Positions 27,255 through 35,854 of a DNA stretch of 38,474 nucleotides are shown one piece after another. Origin of the DNA: a virus (lineage: Duplodnaviria > Heunggongvirae > Uroviricota > Caudoviricetes); the IMG/VR virus record IMGVR_UViG_2778261226_000006; one strand, given 5' to 3'. Numbering within the stretch: the first letter of the stretch is position 1; each line of letters opens with the position of its first letter. The notes under the pieces were generated by a model, which did no database searches, was not told where the DNA came from, and saw nothing but the letters and a program-made list of their open reading frames with translations. The position numbers were made by a program, and so were the translations under genes.

Positions 27255-27821
27255 ATGCTTATTGGCTATGTACGCGTGTCAACAAATGACCAGAACACCG
27301 ATTTGCAACGTAATGCACTGAACTGCGCGGGATGTGAGCGGATTTTTGAGGACAAAATCAGTGGCACTAAGTCCGACAGACCGGGGCTGAAAAAACTACT
27401 CAGGACACTATCGGTAGGAGACACGCTGGTTGTCTGGAAGCTGGACAGGTTGGGGCGCAGTATGCGGCATCTTGTTACGCTGATAGAAGAGTTGCGCCAG
27501 CGTGGTGTGAATTTCAGAAGCCTGACTGACAGTATTGATACCAGTACCCCAATGGGCCGTTTCTTTTTTCATGTCATGGGTGCCCTGGCTGAAATGGAAC
27601 GCGAACTGATAGTTGAACGCACCAGGGCAGGGCTGGCTGCAGCTCGTGCCAAAGGCAGAGTAGGTGGACGCCGTCCTAAGTTGACCACCGAACAGTGGGC
27701 ACAGATTGGGCGTTTACTCGAGGCCGGAGAATCAAGACAGCGTATTGCACTGATTTTTGATGTAGGCGTTTCTACCATTTATAGAAAATTTCCGGCAAAT
27801 AAGATCAATGAATCCCCCTGA
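27255..27821 (+). CDS. Serine DNA invertase (Gin/Pin/Cin/Hin family)
   Basis: Begins MLIGYVRVSTNDQNTDLQRNAL with catalytic Ser in YVRVS; near-colinear by-eye match to Gin along its length including C-terminal HTH; ATG 27249 is an alternative start. Confidence 0.9.
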   Translation: MLIGYVRVSTNDQNTDLQRNALNCAGCERIFEDKISGTKSDRPGLKKLLRTLSVGDTLVVWKLDRLGRSMRHLVTLIEELRQRGVNFRSLTDSIDTSTPMGRFFFHVMGALAEMERELIVERTRAGLAAARAKGRVGGRRPKLTTEQWAQIGRLLEAGESRQRIALIFDVGVSTIYRKFPANKINESP

Positions 27822-27869
27822 ATCAGCATTATGTTGATTATCCCTGCAAGCAGACAAATACCGTTATTT

Positions 27870-27887
27870 TGTGTGAATAACGACACA
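27870..27887. promoter_or_regulatory. Ogr-type late-activator box (TGT-N12-ACA) upstream of FI
   Basis: TGTgtgaataacgacACA about 75 bp upstream of the FI start; expected position of the P2 PF late promoter. Confidence 0.5.
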
Positions 27888-27963
27888 ACTGCGCTTAGCT
27901 GTTTGTCAGGCACAATCACTTCAACATAGGGCGAAGCCTAATCCAATCAGGAGGTTCGCCACT

Positions 27964-29136
27964 ATGGCTCAGGATTACCACCACGGGGTGCGCGTTGTTG
28001 AAGTCAACGAAGGCACCCGATCTATTACCACGGTGAGCACCGCCATCGTGGGTATGGTCTGCACGGGCGATGATGCCGATGCAAAAATGTTTCCTCTTAA
28101 TAAACCCGTGCTGATCACTGATGTGCTGACTGCCAGCGGTAAAGCGGGTGAGTCCGGTACTCTGGCCCGTTCGCTGGATGCCATCGCTGACCAGGCAAAA
28201 CCCGTGACCATTGTTGTGCGTGTGCCGCAGGGTGAAACGGAAGACGAAACCACGACCAATATCATCGGCGCAGTGACTGCTGAAGGTAAAAAAACAGGTA
28301 TGAAAGCCCTGTTATCTGCCCAGTCACAGCTCGGCGTTAAACCGCGCATTCTCGGCGTGCCAGGCCACGACACCAAGGCGGTAGCTACTGAGTTGCTGAG
28401 CGTGGCGCAAAGCCTGCGTGGATTTGCTTACCTGTCAGCGTATGGCTGCAAGACAGTGCAGGAGGCGATCACTTACCGCGAAAACTTCAGCCAGCGCGAA
28501 GGGATGCTGATCTGGCCTGACTTTACTGGCTGGGACACGGTGCTGAATGCCGAAGCAACGGCATATGCCACCGCCCGTGCGCTTGGTCTGCGCGCCAAAA
28601 TTGACGAGCAGACCGGATGGCACAAAAGCCTGTCCAATGTGGGCGTGAACGGTGTCACCGGAATTTCTGCAGATGTGTTCTGGGATCTGCAGGACCCGGC
28701 AACCGATGCAGGTCTGCTGAACCAGAACGACGTCACCACGCTTGTGCGTAAAGACGGTTTCCGCTTCTGGGGGTCCCGCTGCCTGAGTGATGACCCGCTC
28801 TTTGCCTTCGAAAACTACACCCGCACGGCGCAGGTGCTGACGGACACGATGGCAGAAGCACACATGTGGGCGGTGGATAAACCGCTTAACCCGTCGCTGG
28901 CCCGCGACATTATCGAAGGTATCCGCGCCAAAATGCGCAGCCTGGTCAGTCAGGGCTATCTCATTGGTGGTGATTGCTGGCTGGATGAGTCGGTGAACGA
29001 CAAAGACACGCTGAAAGCCGGAAAACTCACCATCGACTACGACTACACGCCAGTGCCGCCACTTGAAAACCTGATGCTGCGTCAGCGCATCACCGATCAG
29101 TACCTGGTGAATTTCGCCAGCCAGGTCAGCGCGTAA
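27964..29136 (+). CDS. FI: Tail sheath protein (P2 gpFI-like)
   Basis: 390 aa; SD AGGAGG; followed by tube gene; size matches P2 FI. Confidence 0.85.
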   Translation: MAQDYHHGVRVVEVNEGTRSITTVSTAIVGMVCTGDDADAKMFPLNKPVLITDVLTASGKAGESGTLARSLDAIADQAKPVTIVVRVPQGETEDETTTNIIGAVTAEGKKTGMKALLSAQSQLGVKPRILGVPGHDTKAVATELLSVAQSLRGFAYLSAYGCKTVQEAITYRENFSQREGMLIWPDFTGWDTVLNAEATAYATARALGLRAKIDEQTGWHKSLSNVGVNGVTGISADVFWDLQDPATDAGLLNQNDVTTLVRKDGFRFWGSRCLSDDPLFAFENYTRTAQVLTDTMAEAHMWAVDKPLNPSLARDIIEGIRAKMRSLVSQGYLIGGDCWLDESVNDKDTLKAGKLTIDYDYTPVPPLENLMLRQRITDQYLVNFASQVSA

Positions 29137-29145
29137 GGGGACAAC

Positions 29146-29661
29146 ATGGCTTTACCACGCAAATTAAAACACCTGAACCTGTTTAACGACGGGAACAACT
29201 GGCAGGGGATCGTTGAGTCGCTGACGCTGCCGAAATTTACCCGCAAATATGAGAAGTATCGCGGCGGCGGAATGCCGGGTGCGGTGGATGTGGATCTGGG
29301 GCTTGATGACAGTGCGCTGGACACAGAATTTTCCATTGGTGGTACTGAATTGCTGCTGTTTAAACAGATGGGTAAAGCCACGGTGGATGGCATCCAGCTG
29401 CGCTTTACCGGCTCTATTCAGCGTGACGATACCGGGGAAGTGCAGGCCGTGGAGCTTGTCGTGCGTGGACGTCACAAAGAAGTGGATTCCGGCGAGTGGA
29501 AGACGGGCGAAAGCAACACCACCAAAGTGACCAGTACCAACAGCTACGCGAAGCTGACCATCAATGGTGAGGTGCTCTATGAAGTGGACCTTATCAACAT
29601 GGTGGAAATTGTGGACGGTGTGGACCTGATGGAAGCGCACCGCAACGCCCTCGGCCTCTGA
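29146..29661 (+). CDS. FII: Tail tube protein (P2 gpFII-like)
   Basis: 171 aa; immediately after sheath gene. Confidence 0.85.
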   Translation: MALPRKLKHLNLFNDGNNWQGIVESLTLPKFTRKYEKYRGGGMPGAVDVDLGLDDSALDTEFSIGGTELLLFKQMGKATVDGIQLRFTGSIQRDDTGEVQAVELVVRGRHKEVDSGEWKTGESNTTKVTSTNSYAKLTINGEVLYEVDLINMVEIVDGVDLMEAHRNALGL

Positions 29662-29715
29662 TATATCTGAACGGCGCGGGATACCGCGCCAGAACCCAAT
29701 TGACAGGACAGCAAA

Positions 29716-30018
29716 ATGAGCGATAAGCAGACTGAAAAGACCATTCAACTGGATACCCCCATCAAGCGCGGTAAAACAGAAATCACCGAAATTGTGCTGC
29801 GTAAACCGCAGTCCGGTGCGCTGCGCGGTACACGCCTGCAGGCCATTATGGATATGGATGTAAACGCGATGATGACCGTGATCCCCCGCATCTCCAGTCC
29901 GGCACTGACTGCACAGGAAATTGCAGAGATGGACCCGGCAGATCTCACTGCCATGTCGGTTGAGGTTGTCACTTTTTTGTTGAAGAAGTCGGTGCTTGCC
30001 GGTTTACCGACAGCCTGA
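29716..30018 (+). CDS. E: Tail assembly chaperone E (P2 gpE-like)
   Basis: 100 aa; precedes tape measure gene; contains slippery heptamer near its 3' end. Confidence 0.75.
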   Translation: MSDKQTEKTIQLDTPIKRGKTEITEIVLRKPQSGALRGTRLQAIMDMDVNAMMTVIPRISSPALTAQEIAEMDPADLTAMSVEVVTFLLKKSVLAGLPTA

Positions 30019-30152
30019 CGGTTGACGATCTGGTGGCAGATATCGCCACCATTTTTCACTGGCCGCCATCCGTTACTGACGTTATGCCGCTGACCGAAGT
30101 GCTGGAATGGCGGTATAAAGCGATTCAGAGAAGCGGGGCCAACGATGAGTGA
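29716..30152 (+). CDS. E+E' frameshift fusion product (tail assembly chaperone, -1 frameshift at 29973-29979)
   Basis: The -1 frame downstream of the slippery site contains no stop until 30150-30152, overlapping the tape measure start; analogous to the P2 E/E+E' and lambda G/GT arrangement. Confidence 0.55.
29973..29979 (+). other. Programmed -1 ribosomal frameshift slippery site T_TTT_TTG
   Basis: X_XXY_YYZ heptamer in the E zero frame (codons ACT TTT TTG); the -1 frame is open from here to TGA at 30150-30152. Confidence 0.6.
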
Positions 30153-33100
30153 TAACAACCTGCGTCTGCAGGTCATTCTTAATGCGGTTGACAAGCTCAC
30201 CCGCCCATTTCGATCTGCGCAGGCCAGTTCAAGAGAACTGGCTGCTGCTGTCAAAAAATCCCGCGATGCAATAAAGCAGCTTGATCAGGCCGGGAGCAGT
30301 CTGGACAGCTTCCGAAAGCTGCAGGCAGAAAATCAGAAATTAGGCGACAGGCTGAACTATGCCCGCCAGCGTGCAAATTTGCTCAGTCAGGAACTGGGAG
30401 CGATGGGGCCGCCTTCGCAACGTCAGGTTGTTGCTCTGGGCCGTCAACGGCTGGCTGTTCAGCGCCTGGAAGAACGCCAGAAAAAGCTGCAGCAGCAGAC
30501 GGCGCTTGTGCGTGCTGAACTGTACCGGGCGGGAATTTCTGCGAAAGACGATGCGGGAGCAACTGCCCGTTTAGCCCGTGAAACATCACGTTATAACCAG
30601 GAACTTTCGAAACAGGAGGCGCGGCTGAAGCGACTGGGGGAAGCTCAGCGCAGGATGAATGCAGCGCGTGCCAGTTATGCCCGTTCGCTGGAGGTGCGTG
30701 ATCGTATTGCAGGTGCCGGAGCCACCACCACGGCTGCAGGGCTGGCAATGGGCGCACCAGTGATGGCGGCAGTAAAAAGCTATACCAGCATGGAAGATGC
30801 CATGAAAGGTGTGGCAAAGCAGGTCAATGGCCTGCGTGACGATAATGGCAACCGCACTGCACGTTTTTATGAAATGCAGGATGCCATCAAGGCTGCCAGC
30901 GAACAGTTGCCGATGGAAAACGGTGCGGTGGATTTCGCTGCACTGGTTGAAGGTGGTGCGCGCATGAACGTCGCAAACCCTGACGACAGCTGGGAAGACC
31001 AGAAACGTGACCTGCTGGCCTTCGCCAGTACGGCAGCAAAGGCGGCAACAGCCTTTGAGCTGCCAGCGGATGAACTGTCAGAAAGTCTGGGGAAAATCGC
31101 CCAGCTCTACAAAATACCTACCCGCAATATTGAACAGCTCGGCGATGCGCTGAACTATCTGGATGATAACGCCATGTCGAAAGGGGCAGACATCATTGAT
31201 GTGATGCAACGTCTGGGCGGTGTGGCTGACCGTCTGGATTATCGTAAAGCGGCGGCGCTGGGTTCCACCTTCCTGACACTGGGCGCTGCGCCAGAGGTTG
31301 CAGCCAGTGCAGCAAACGCGATGGTGCGTGAATTGTCCATTGCCACCATGCAAAGCAAGAGTTTCTTTGAAGGGATGAATCTGCTGAAACTCAATCCTGA
31401 AGCGATTGAAAAGCAGATGACGAAGGATGCGATGGGAACCATCCAGCGCGTGCTGGAGAAGGTAAACGCGCTGCCGCAGGACAAGCGCCTGTCTGCCATG
31501 ACTATGTTGTTTGGTAAAGAGTTTGGCGATGATGCGGCGAAACTGGCAAACAACCTGCCGGAACTGCAGCGTCAGTTAAAACTGACAGCGGGCAATGATG
31601 CGCTCGGCTCCATGCAGAAAGAATCCGACATTAACAAGGATTCACTTTCTGCGCAGTGGTTGCTGGTCAAAACCGGAGCGCAGAACACCTTCAGCAGCCT
31701 GGGCGAAACGCTGCGCCAGCCGCTGATGGATATTCTGTACACGGTGAAAAGCGTCACGGGGGCGTTGCGTCGCTGGGTGGAAGCTAACCCGGAACTGACA
31801 GGCACACTGATGAAAGCATCGGCTGTTGTGGCTGCGGTTACCGTCGGCCTCGGCACCTTAGCGGTGGCGCTGGCTGCAGTGCTGGGGCCGCTGGCAGTGA
31901 TCCGTCTGGGATTCTCTGTGTTGGGTATCAAAACGTTATCTTCCGTTACGGCAGCAGTAACTCGAACCAGCAGCGCGTTGTCCTGGCTGGCTGGCGCACC
32001 ACTGGCACTGCTGCGACGCGGGCTTGCTTCATCGGGCAACGCCGCAGGTTTACTTACTGCGCCGTTGTCGTCTTTGCGCCGCACGGCATCACTGACGGGA
32101 AATGTCCTGAAAACTGTAGCAGGTGCGCCGGTTGCACTTTTGCGGTCTGGATTATCCGGTTTACGTGCTGTTGCTGTGATGTTTATGAATCCTCTGGCGA
32201 TGCTGCGCGTTGCCCTGTATGCCATATCTGGTCTGTTAGGTGCTCTGCTCAGTCCGATAGGTCTTGTGGTTACTGCACTGGCGGGCGTGGCGCTGGTTGT
32301 CTGGAAATACTGGCAACCCATCACCGCATTTCTCGGTGGCGTGGTGGAAGGATTCAAAGCGGCGGCAGGTCCCATCAGTGCAGCGTTCGAACCGCTTAAG
32401 CCCGTGTTCCAGTGGATTGGCGACAAAGTGCAGGCGCTGTGGGGCTGGTTTACTGATCTGCTGACGCCCGTTAAGTCGACCTCTGCCGAACTGCAGAGCG
32501 CAGCGGCAATGGGGCGGCGATTCGGGGAGGCACTGGCGGAAGGGCTGAATATGGTCATGCATCCGCTGGACTCCCTGAAATCCGGCGTTTCCTGGTTGCT
32601 GGAGAAGCTCGGCATTGTCAGTAAAGAGGCCGCAAAGGCAAAACTGCCGGAAAGCGTGACGCGTCAGCAACCTGCGACGGTGAATGCAGACGGTAAAGTG
32701 ATGATGCCATCGGGTGGTTTTCCATCATGGGGATATGGCTTTGCGGGGATGTATGACAGCGGCGGGTATATCCCGCGCGGGCAGTTTGGCATCGTCGGTG
32801 AAAACGGGCCGGAAATTGTTAACGGCCCGGCAAATGTGACCAGCCGGAGAAATACAGCTGCACTGGCTGCCGTTGTTGCCGGAATGATGGGCGTTGCTGC
32901 CGCGCCAGCAGAGCTTCCACCGTTGCACCCTTTGGCACTTCCCGCGAAAGGTGGAGAAGCAATTGTGAGTCGCGCAGCCACTGTGCCGCTCGTTCAACGG
33001 ATTGAGGCACCGACGCAGATCATCATTCAGACGCAGCCAGGACAAAGTGCGCAGGATATTGCGCGGGAGGTGGCACGCCAGCTTGATGAACGTGAACGCA

Positions 33101-33156
33101 GGCTGAAGGCAAAAGCCAGGAGTAACTACAGCGATCAGGGGGGATACGACGCATGA
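30145..33156 (+). CDS. T: Tail tape measure protein (P2 gpT-like)
   Basis: 1003 aa; coiled-coil-rich N-terminal region, hydrophobic central segments; position between E and U. Confidence 0.85.
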   Translation: MSDNNLRLQVILNAVDKLTRPFRSAQASSRELAAAVKKSRDAIKQLDQAGSSLDSFRKLQAENQKLGDRLNYARQRANLLSQELGAMGPPSQRQVVALGRQRLAVQRLEERQKKLQQQTALVRAELYRAGISAKDDAGATARLARETSRYNQELSKQEARLKRLGEAQRRMNAARASYARSLEVRDRIAGAGATTTAAGLAMGAPVMAAVKSYTSMEDAMKGVAKQVNGLRDDNGNRTARFYEMQDAIKAASEQLPMENGAVDFAALVEGGARMNVANPDDSWEDQKRDLLAFASTAAKAATAFELPADELSESLGKIAQLYKIPTRNIEQLGDALNYLDDNAMSKGADIIDVMQRLGGVADRLDYRKAAALGSTFLTLGAAPEVAASAANAMVRELSIATMQSKSFFEGMNLLKLNPEAIEKQMTKDAMGTIQRVLEKVNALPQDKRLSAMTMLFGKEFGDDAAKLANNLPELQRQLKLTAGNDALGSMQKESDINKDSLSAQWLLVKTGAQNTFSSLGETLRQPLMDILYTVKSVTGALRRWVEANPELTGTLMKASAVVAAVTVGLGTLAVALAAVLGPLAVIRLGFSVLGIKTLSSVTAAVTRTSSALSWLAGAPLALLRRGLASSGNAAGLLTAPLSSLRRTASLTGNVLKTVAGAPVALLRSGLSGLRAVAVMFMNPLAMLRVALYAISGLLGALLSPIGLVVTALAGVALVVWKYWQPITAFLGGVVEGFKAAAGPISAAFEPLKPVFQWIGDKVQALWGWFTDLLTPVKSTSAELQSAAAMGRRFGEALAEGLNMVMHPLDSLKSGVSWLLEKLGIVSKEAAKAKLPESVTRQQPATVNADGKVMMPSGGFPSWGYGFAGMYDSGGYIPRGQFGIVGENGPEIVNGPANVTSRRNTAALAAVVAGMMGVAAAPAELPPLHPLALPAKGGEAIVSRAATVPLVQRIEAPTQIIIQTQPGQSAQDIAREVARQLDERERRLKAKARSNYSDQGGYDA

Positions 33157-33638
33157 TGATGGTGCTGGGATTGTACGTGTTTATGCTGCGCACCGTTCCG
33201 TATCAGGAACTGCAGTATCAACGCAGCTGGCGACATGCGGCAAACAGTCGGGTAAACCGACGTCCGTCCACGCAGTTTCTGGGACCGGAAAACGACATGT
33301 TGACGCTTTCCGGTGTTCTTATGCCGGAAATAACAGGCGGCAGGCTGTCGTTGCTGGCACTGGAGCAGATGGCAGAACAGGGGAAAGCATGGCCCCTGAT
33401 TGAAGGCAGCGGCACGATTTACGGAATGTATGTGATTGAGGGACTGAATCAGACTAAAACGGAGTTTTTCCGCGACGGTATGCCGCGCCGAATTGAGTTC
33501 ACCCTGTCGCTCAAACGAGTGGATGAATCCCTGTCCGATATGTTCGGTGATCTCAGTGCGCAACTGAATAATCTGCAGGACACGGCAACGTCTGCCTTAA
33601 GCGATATCAGTAAAACGGTGGGAGGGCTGCTGTCGTGA
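33153..33638 (+). CDS. U: Tail protein U (P2 gpU-like)
   Basis: 161 aa; ATGA overlap with T; size matches P2 U. Confidence 0.8.
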   Translation: MMMVLGLYVFMLRTVPYQELQYQRSWRHAANSRVNRRPSTQFLGPENDMLTLSGVLMPEITGGRLSLLALEQMAEQGKAWPLIEGSGTIYGMYVIEGLNQTKTEFFRDGMPRRIEFTLSLKRVDESLSDMFGDLSAQLNNLQDTATSALSDISKTVGGLLS

Positions 33639-34735
33639 ATTTCAGCTCTGAACTGCTTAACAAAGGCAACAAAACTCCCGCATTCAGCATCAGTATTGAG
33701 GGCAGGGATATCACCACTGTGCTGGATAACCGCCTGATGAGTTTGACGCTGACGGATAACCGGGGCTTTGAAGCGGACCAGCTTGATCTGGAGCTGGATG
33801 ACGCTGACGGAAAAATCGTGCTGCCGCGCCGTGGTGCGGTTATTACGCTGGCGCTGGGCTGGAAGGGGCAGCCGCTTTTCCCGAAAGGGGCATTCACAGT
33901 GGACGAGATTGAACACACTGGCGCACCGGACCGCCTGACTATCCGGGCGCGAAGTGCTGATTTTCGGGAAACGCTGAATACCCGCCGTGAAAAGTCGTGG
34001 CACAAGACCACGGTCGGGGAAGTGGTGAAGGAAATAGCCGCGCGGCACAAACTGAAGATGGCACTGGCTAAAGACTTGTCGGATAAACCCGTGGAGCATA
34101 TAGACCAGACTAATGAGAGTGACGGCAGTTTTTTGATGCGGCTGGCGCGCCAGTACGGTGCTATTGCGTCGGTGAAAAATGGCAATCTGTTATTCATCCG
34201 GCAGGGACAGGGTAAAAGTGCCAGCGGTAAACCACTACCGGTGATCACTATCACACGTAAGGATGGCGACAGTCACCGCTTTACCCTGGCAGATCGCGGA
34301 GCCTATACGGGCGTAATTGCCAGTTGGTTGCATACCCGCGAACCCGCGAAGAAAGAAAGCACAACGGTGAAGCGTAAGCGCAGGACTAAGAATCGGAAGA
34401 AAGAGCCGGAAGCGAAGCAGGGCGATTACCTGGTGGGTACGGATGAAAACGTGCTGGTACTTAATCGCACTTATGCCAACCGGAGCAACGCTGAACGGGC
34501 AGCGAAAATGCAGTGGGAACGCCTGCAACGCGGCGTTGCGTCATTCTCGCTACAACTGGCGGAAGGTCGGGCAGATCTCTACACGGAAATGCCAGTGAAA
34601 GTCAGTGGCTTTAAACAGCCGATAGATGATGCGGAATGGACTATTACCACCCTGACGCATACTGTCAGCCCGGATAACGGTTTTACGACCAGTCTGGAGC
34701 TTGAAGTGAAGATTGATGATTTCGAAATGGAATGA
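33635..34735 (+). CDS. D: Tail protein D (P2 gpD-like, late control gene D)
   Basis: 366 aa; overlaps U stop; last tail gene before ogr. Confidence 0.8.
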   Translation: MNFSSELLNKGNKTPAFSISIEGRDITTVLDNRLMSLTLTDNRGFEADQLDLELDDADGKIVLPRRGAVITLALGWKGQPLFPKGAFTVDEIEHTGAPDRLTIRARSADFRETLNTRREKSWHKTTVGEVVKEIAARHKLKMALAKDLSDKPVEHIDQTNESDGSFLMRLARQYGAIASVKNGNLLFIRQGQGKSASGKPLPVITITRKDGDSHRFTLADRGAYTGVIASWLHTREPAKKESTTVKRKRRTKNRKKEPEAKQGDYLVGTDENVLVLNRTYANRSNAERAAKMQWERLQRGVASFSLQLAEGRADLYTEMPVKVSGFKQPIDDAEWTITTLTHTVSPDNGFTTSLELEVKIDDFEME

Positions 34736-34825
34736 TTCTTCGCAATGGAGAACTTTTAAGTTTTCAAAATGGAATAATGCGGTATCATTATTGTGAATTT
34801 AGCAAAAATGGGGAGAACTCGAAAA

Positions 34826-35044
34826 ATGATGATTTGCCCACTGTGTGGAAGTGCCGCCCATACTCGCAGCAGTTTTCAGGTATCTTCATTGACCAAAGAG
34901 CGTTACAACCAGTGCCAGAACATTAACTGCAGCCATACTTTTGTTACCCATGAAACTTTTGTTCGTTCGATTGCAACGCCAAAAGAGTCAAATCCGGTTC
35001 AGCCGCATCCAATGAAATCAGGACAGGTGGCGCTCTCTCTTTGA
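34826..35044 (+). CDS. ogr: Ogr-type zinc-finger late transcription activator
   Basis: Starts MMICPLCGSAAH with C-x2-C ... C-x4-C zinc-finger arrangement (CPLC ... CQNINC), matching the Ogr/Delta pattern; track ORF 34793 start is a likely extension (ATG at 34826 or 34829). Confidence 0.8.
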   Translation: MMICPLCGSAAHTRSSFQVSSLTKERYNQCQNINCSHTFVTHETFVRSIATPKESNPVQPHPMKSGQVALSL

Positions 35045-35112
35045 CTCTGCCGCCATTTTTTCACCATTGCTAAAAACAGTGATTCTAAAAATCATTGTTT
35101 TCGAATAAGTGC

Positions 35113-35631
35113 CTAGCATCCGATAAGGTCGTTTGCTTCAAACTTTGGCAAATGATACTCATTTGCCAAATGTTCGTTATCTTTGTTATTTTTTAAATAT
35201 TTGTATTTTAATGTATTTTTATCTTCATTGTATGATAATAAAGCTTCCCCGATAGGAACATCACGCCACCCTATTTGAATGCAAAGAAGGATAGTGACCT
35301 GCCCTTTATGGTTTAGCTTACCCGAGAATGTAAAGGTGCATTTCTCTTCATCAAGGCTTGTTGATGAACAGTTAGTGATAGTCCCTGCCAAATTGCCGAC
35401 GACATCTGATGACTCAATTTTTATGCTTATTATATTCTCATTATGGTTGCGAATATCACCAACATTGTTCCAGTTTTTTGAGACTAGAAGCTCAATAATT
35501 CTTTTTTTCTTAAGGCGTTTTACTTCCTTTGCCTGTGGTGAGTATAAGAGGTATGCGGGTATGCCTGCTACAATTGCCAGCACAGCTAATATAATGGTAA
35601 CCATCTGAAGTCCTTGTTCTTCTGCCGCCAT
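35113..35631 (-). CDS. AT-rich membrane-anchored hypothetical protein between ogr and the host junction (candidate moron)
   Basis: 172 aa; N-terminal hydrophobic helix MVTIILAVLAIVAGIPAYLL; Lys/Asn-rich; much lower GC than the phage core; start codon lies inside a 14-bp direct repeat. Confidence 0.55.
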   Translation of the reverse strand: MAAEEQGLQMVTIILAVLAIVAGIPAYLLYSPQAKEVKRLKKKRIIELLVSKNWNNVGDIRNHNENIISIKIESSDVVGNLAGTITNCSSTSLDEEKCTFTFSGKLNHKGQVTILLCIQIGWRDVPIGEALLSYNEDKNTLKYKYLKNNKDNEHLANEYHLPKFEANDLIGC

Positions 35632-35698
35632 TTTGCCGCCAAAGATAAGTAAAGTAGTTTCTAACTTATTGATTATGGAATGGAAGAATAGCAGGCAA

Positions 35699-35742
35699 CA
35701 AAAAACCCATCAACCTTGAACCGAAATGGCGGGGTTGATGGG
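35699..35742 (-). terminator. Rho-independent terminator downstream of ybjL
   Basis: CCCATCAACC (35706-35715) / GGTTGATGGG (35733-35742) 10-bp stem; on the minus strand followed by a U-tract (plus-strand A-run 35700-35705). Confidence 0.6.
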
Positions 35743-35854
35743 CTCCACAAAATGGGGACATCAAAGAAAAGCAGTGGCACTAATTAAGACTGATGCCCTG
35801 CGGAAAAGTTCTGCGGTTGTGCAAAAAAATTTCATTTTCAGGGCAACTTCAGTT

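Noticed and set aside
31572-32615. 347-aa ORF on the minus strand inside the tape measure gene
   Set aside because: Antisense shadow ORF within a long GC-rich gene; Ala/Ser/Pro-rich low-complexity translation; the sense-strand gene is strongly supported by synteny.
35073-35101. AT-rich inverted repeat AAAACAGTGATT / AATCATTGTTTT after ogr as a rho-independent terminator
   Set aside because: The stem is almost entirely A-T with one G-U pair and has no clear trailing U-tract; it could be a weak bidirectional terminator but is not supportable as a feature.
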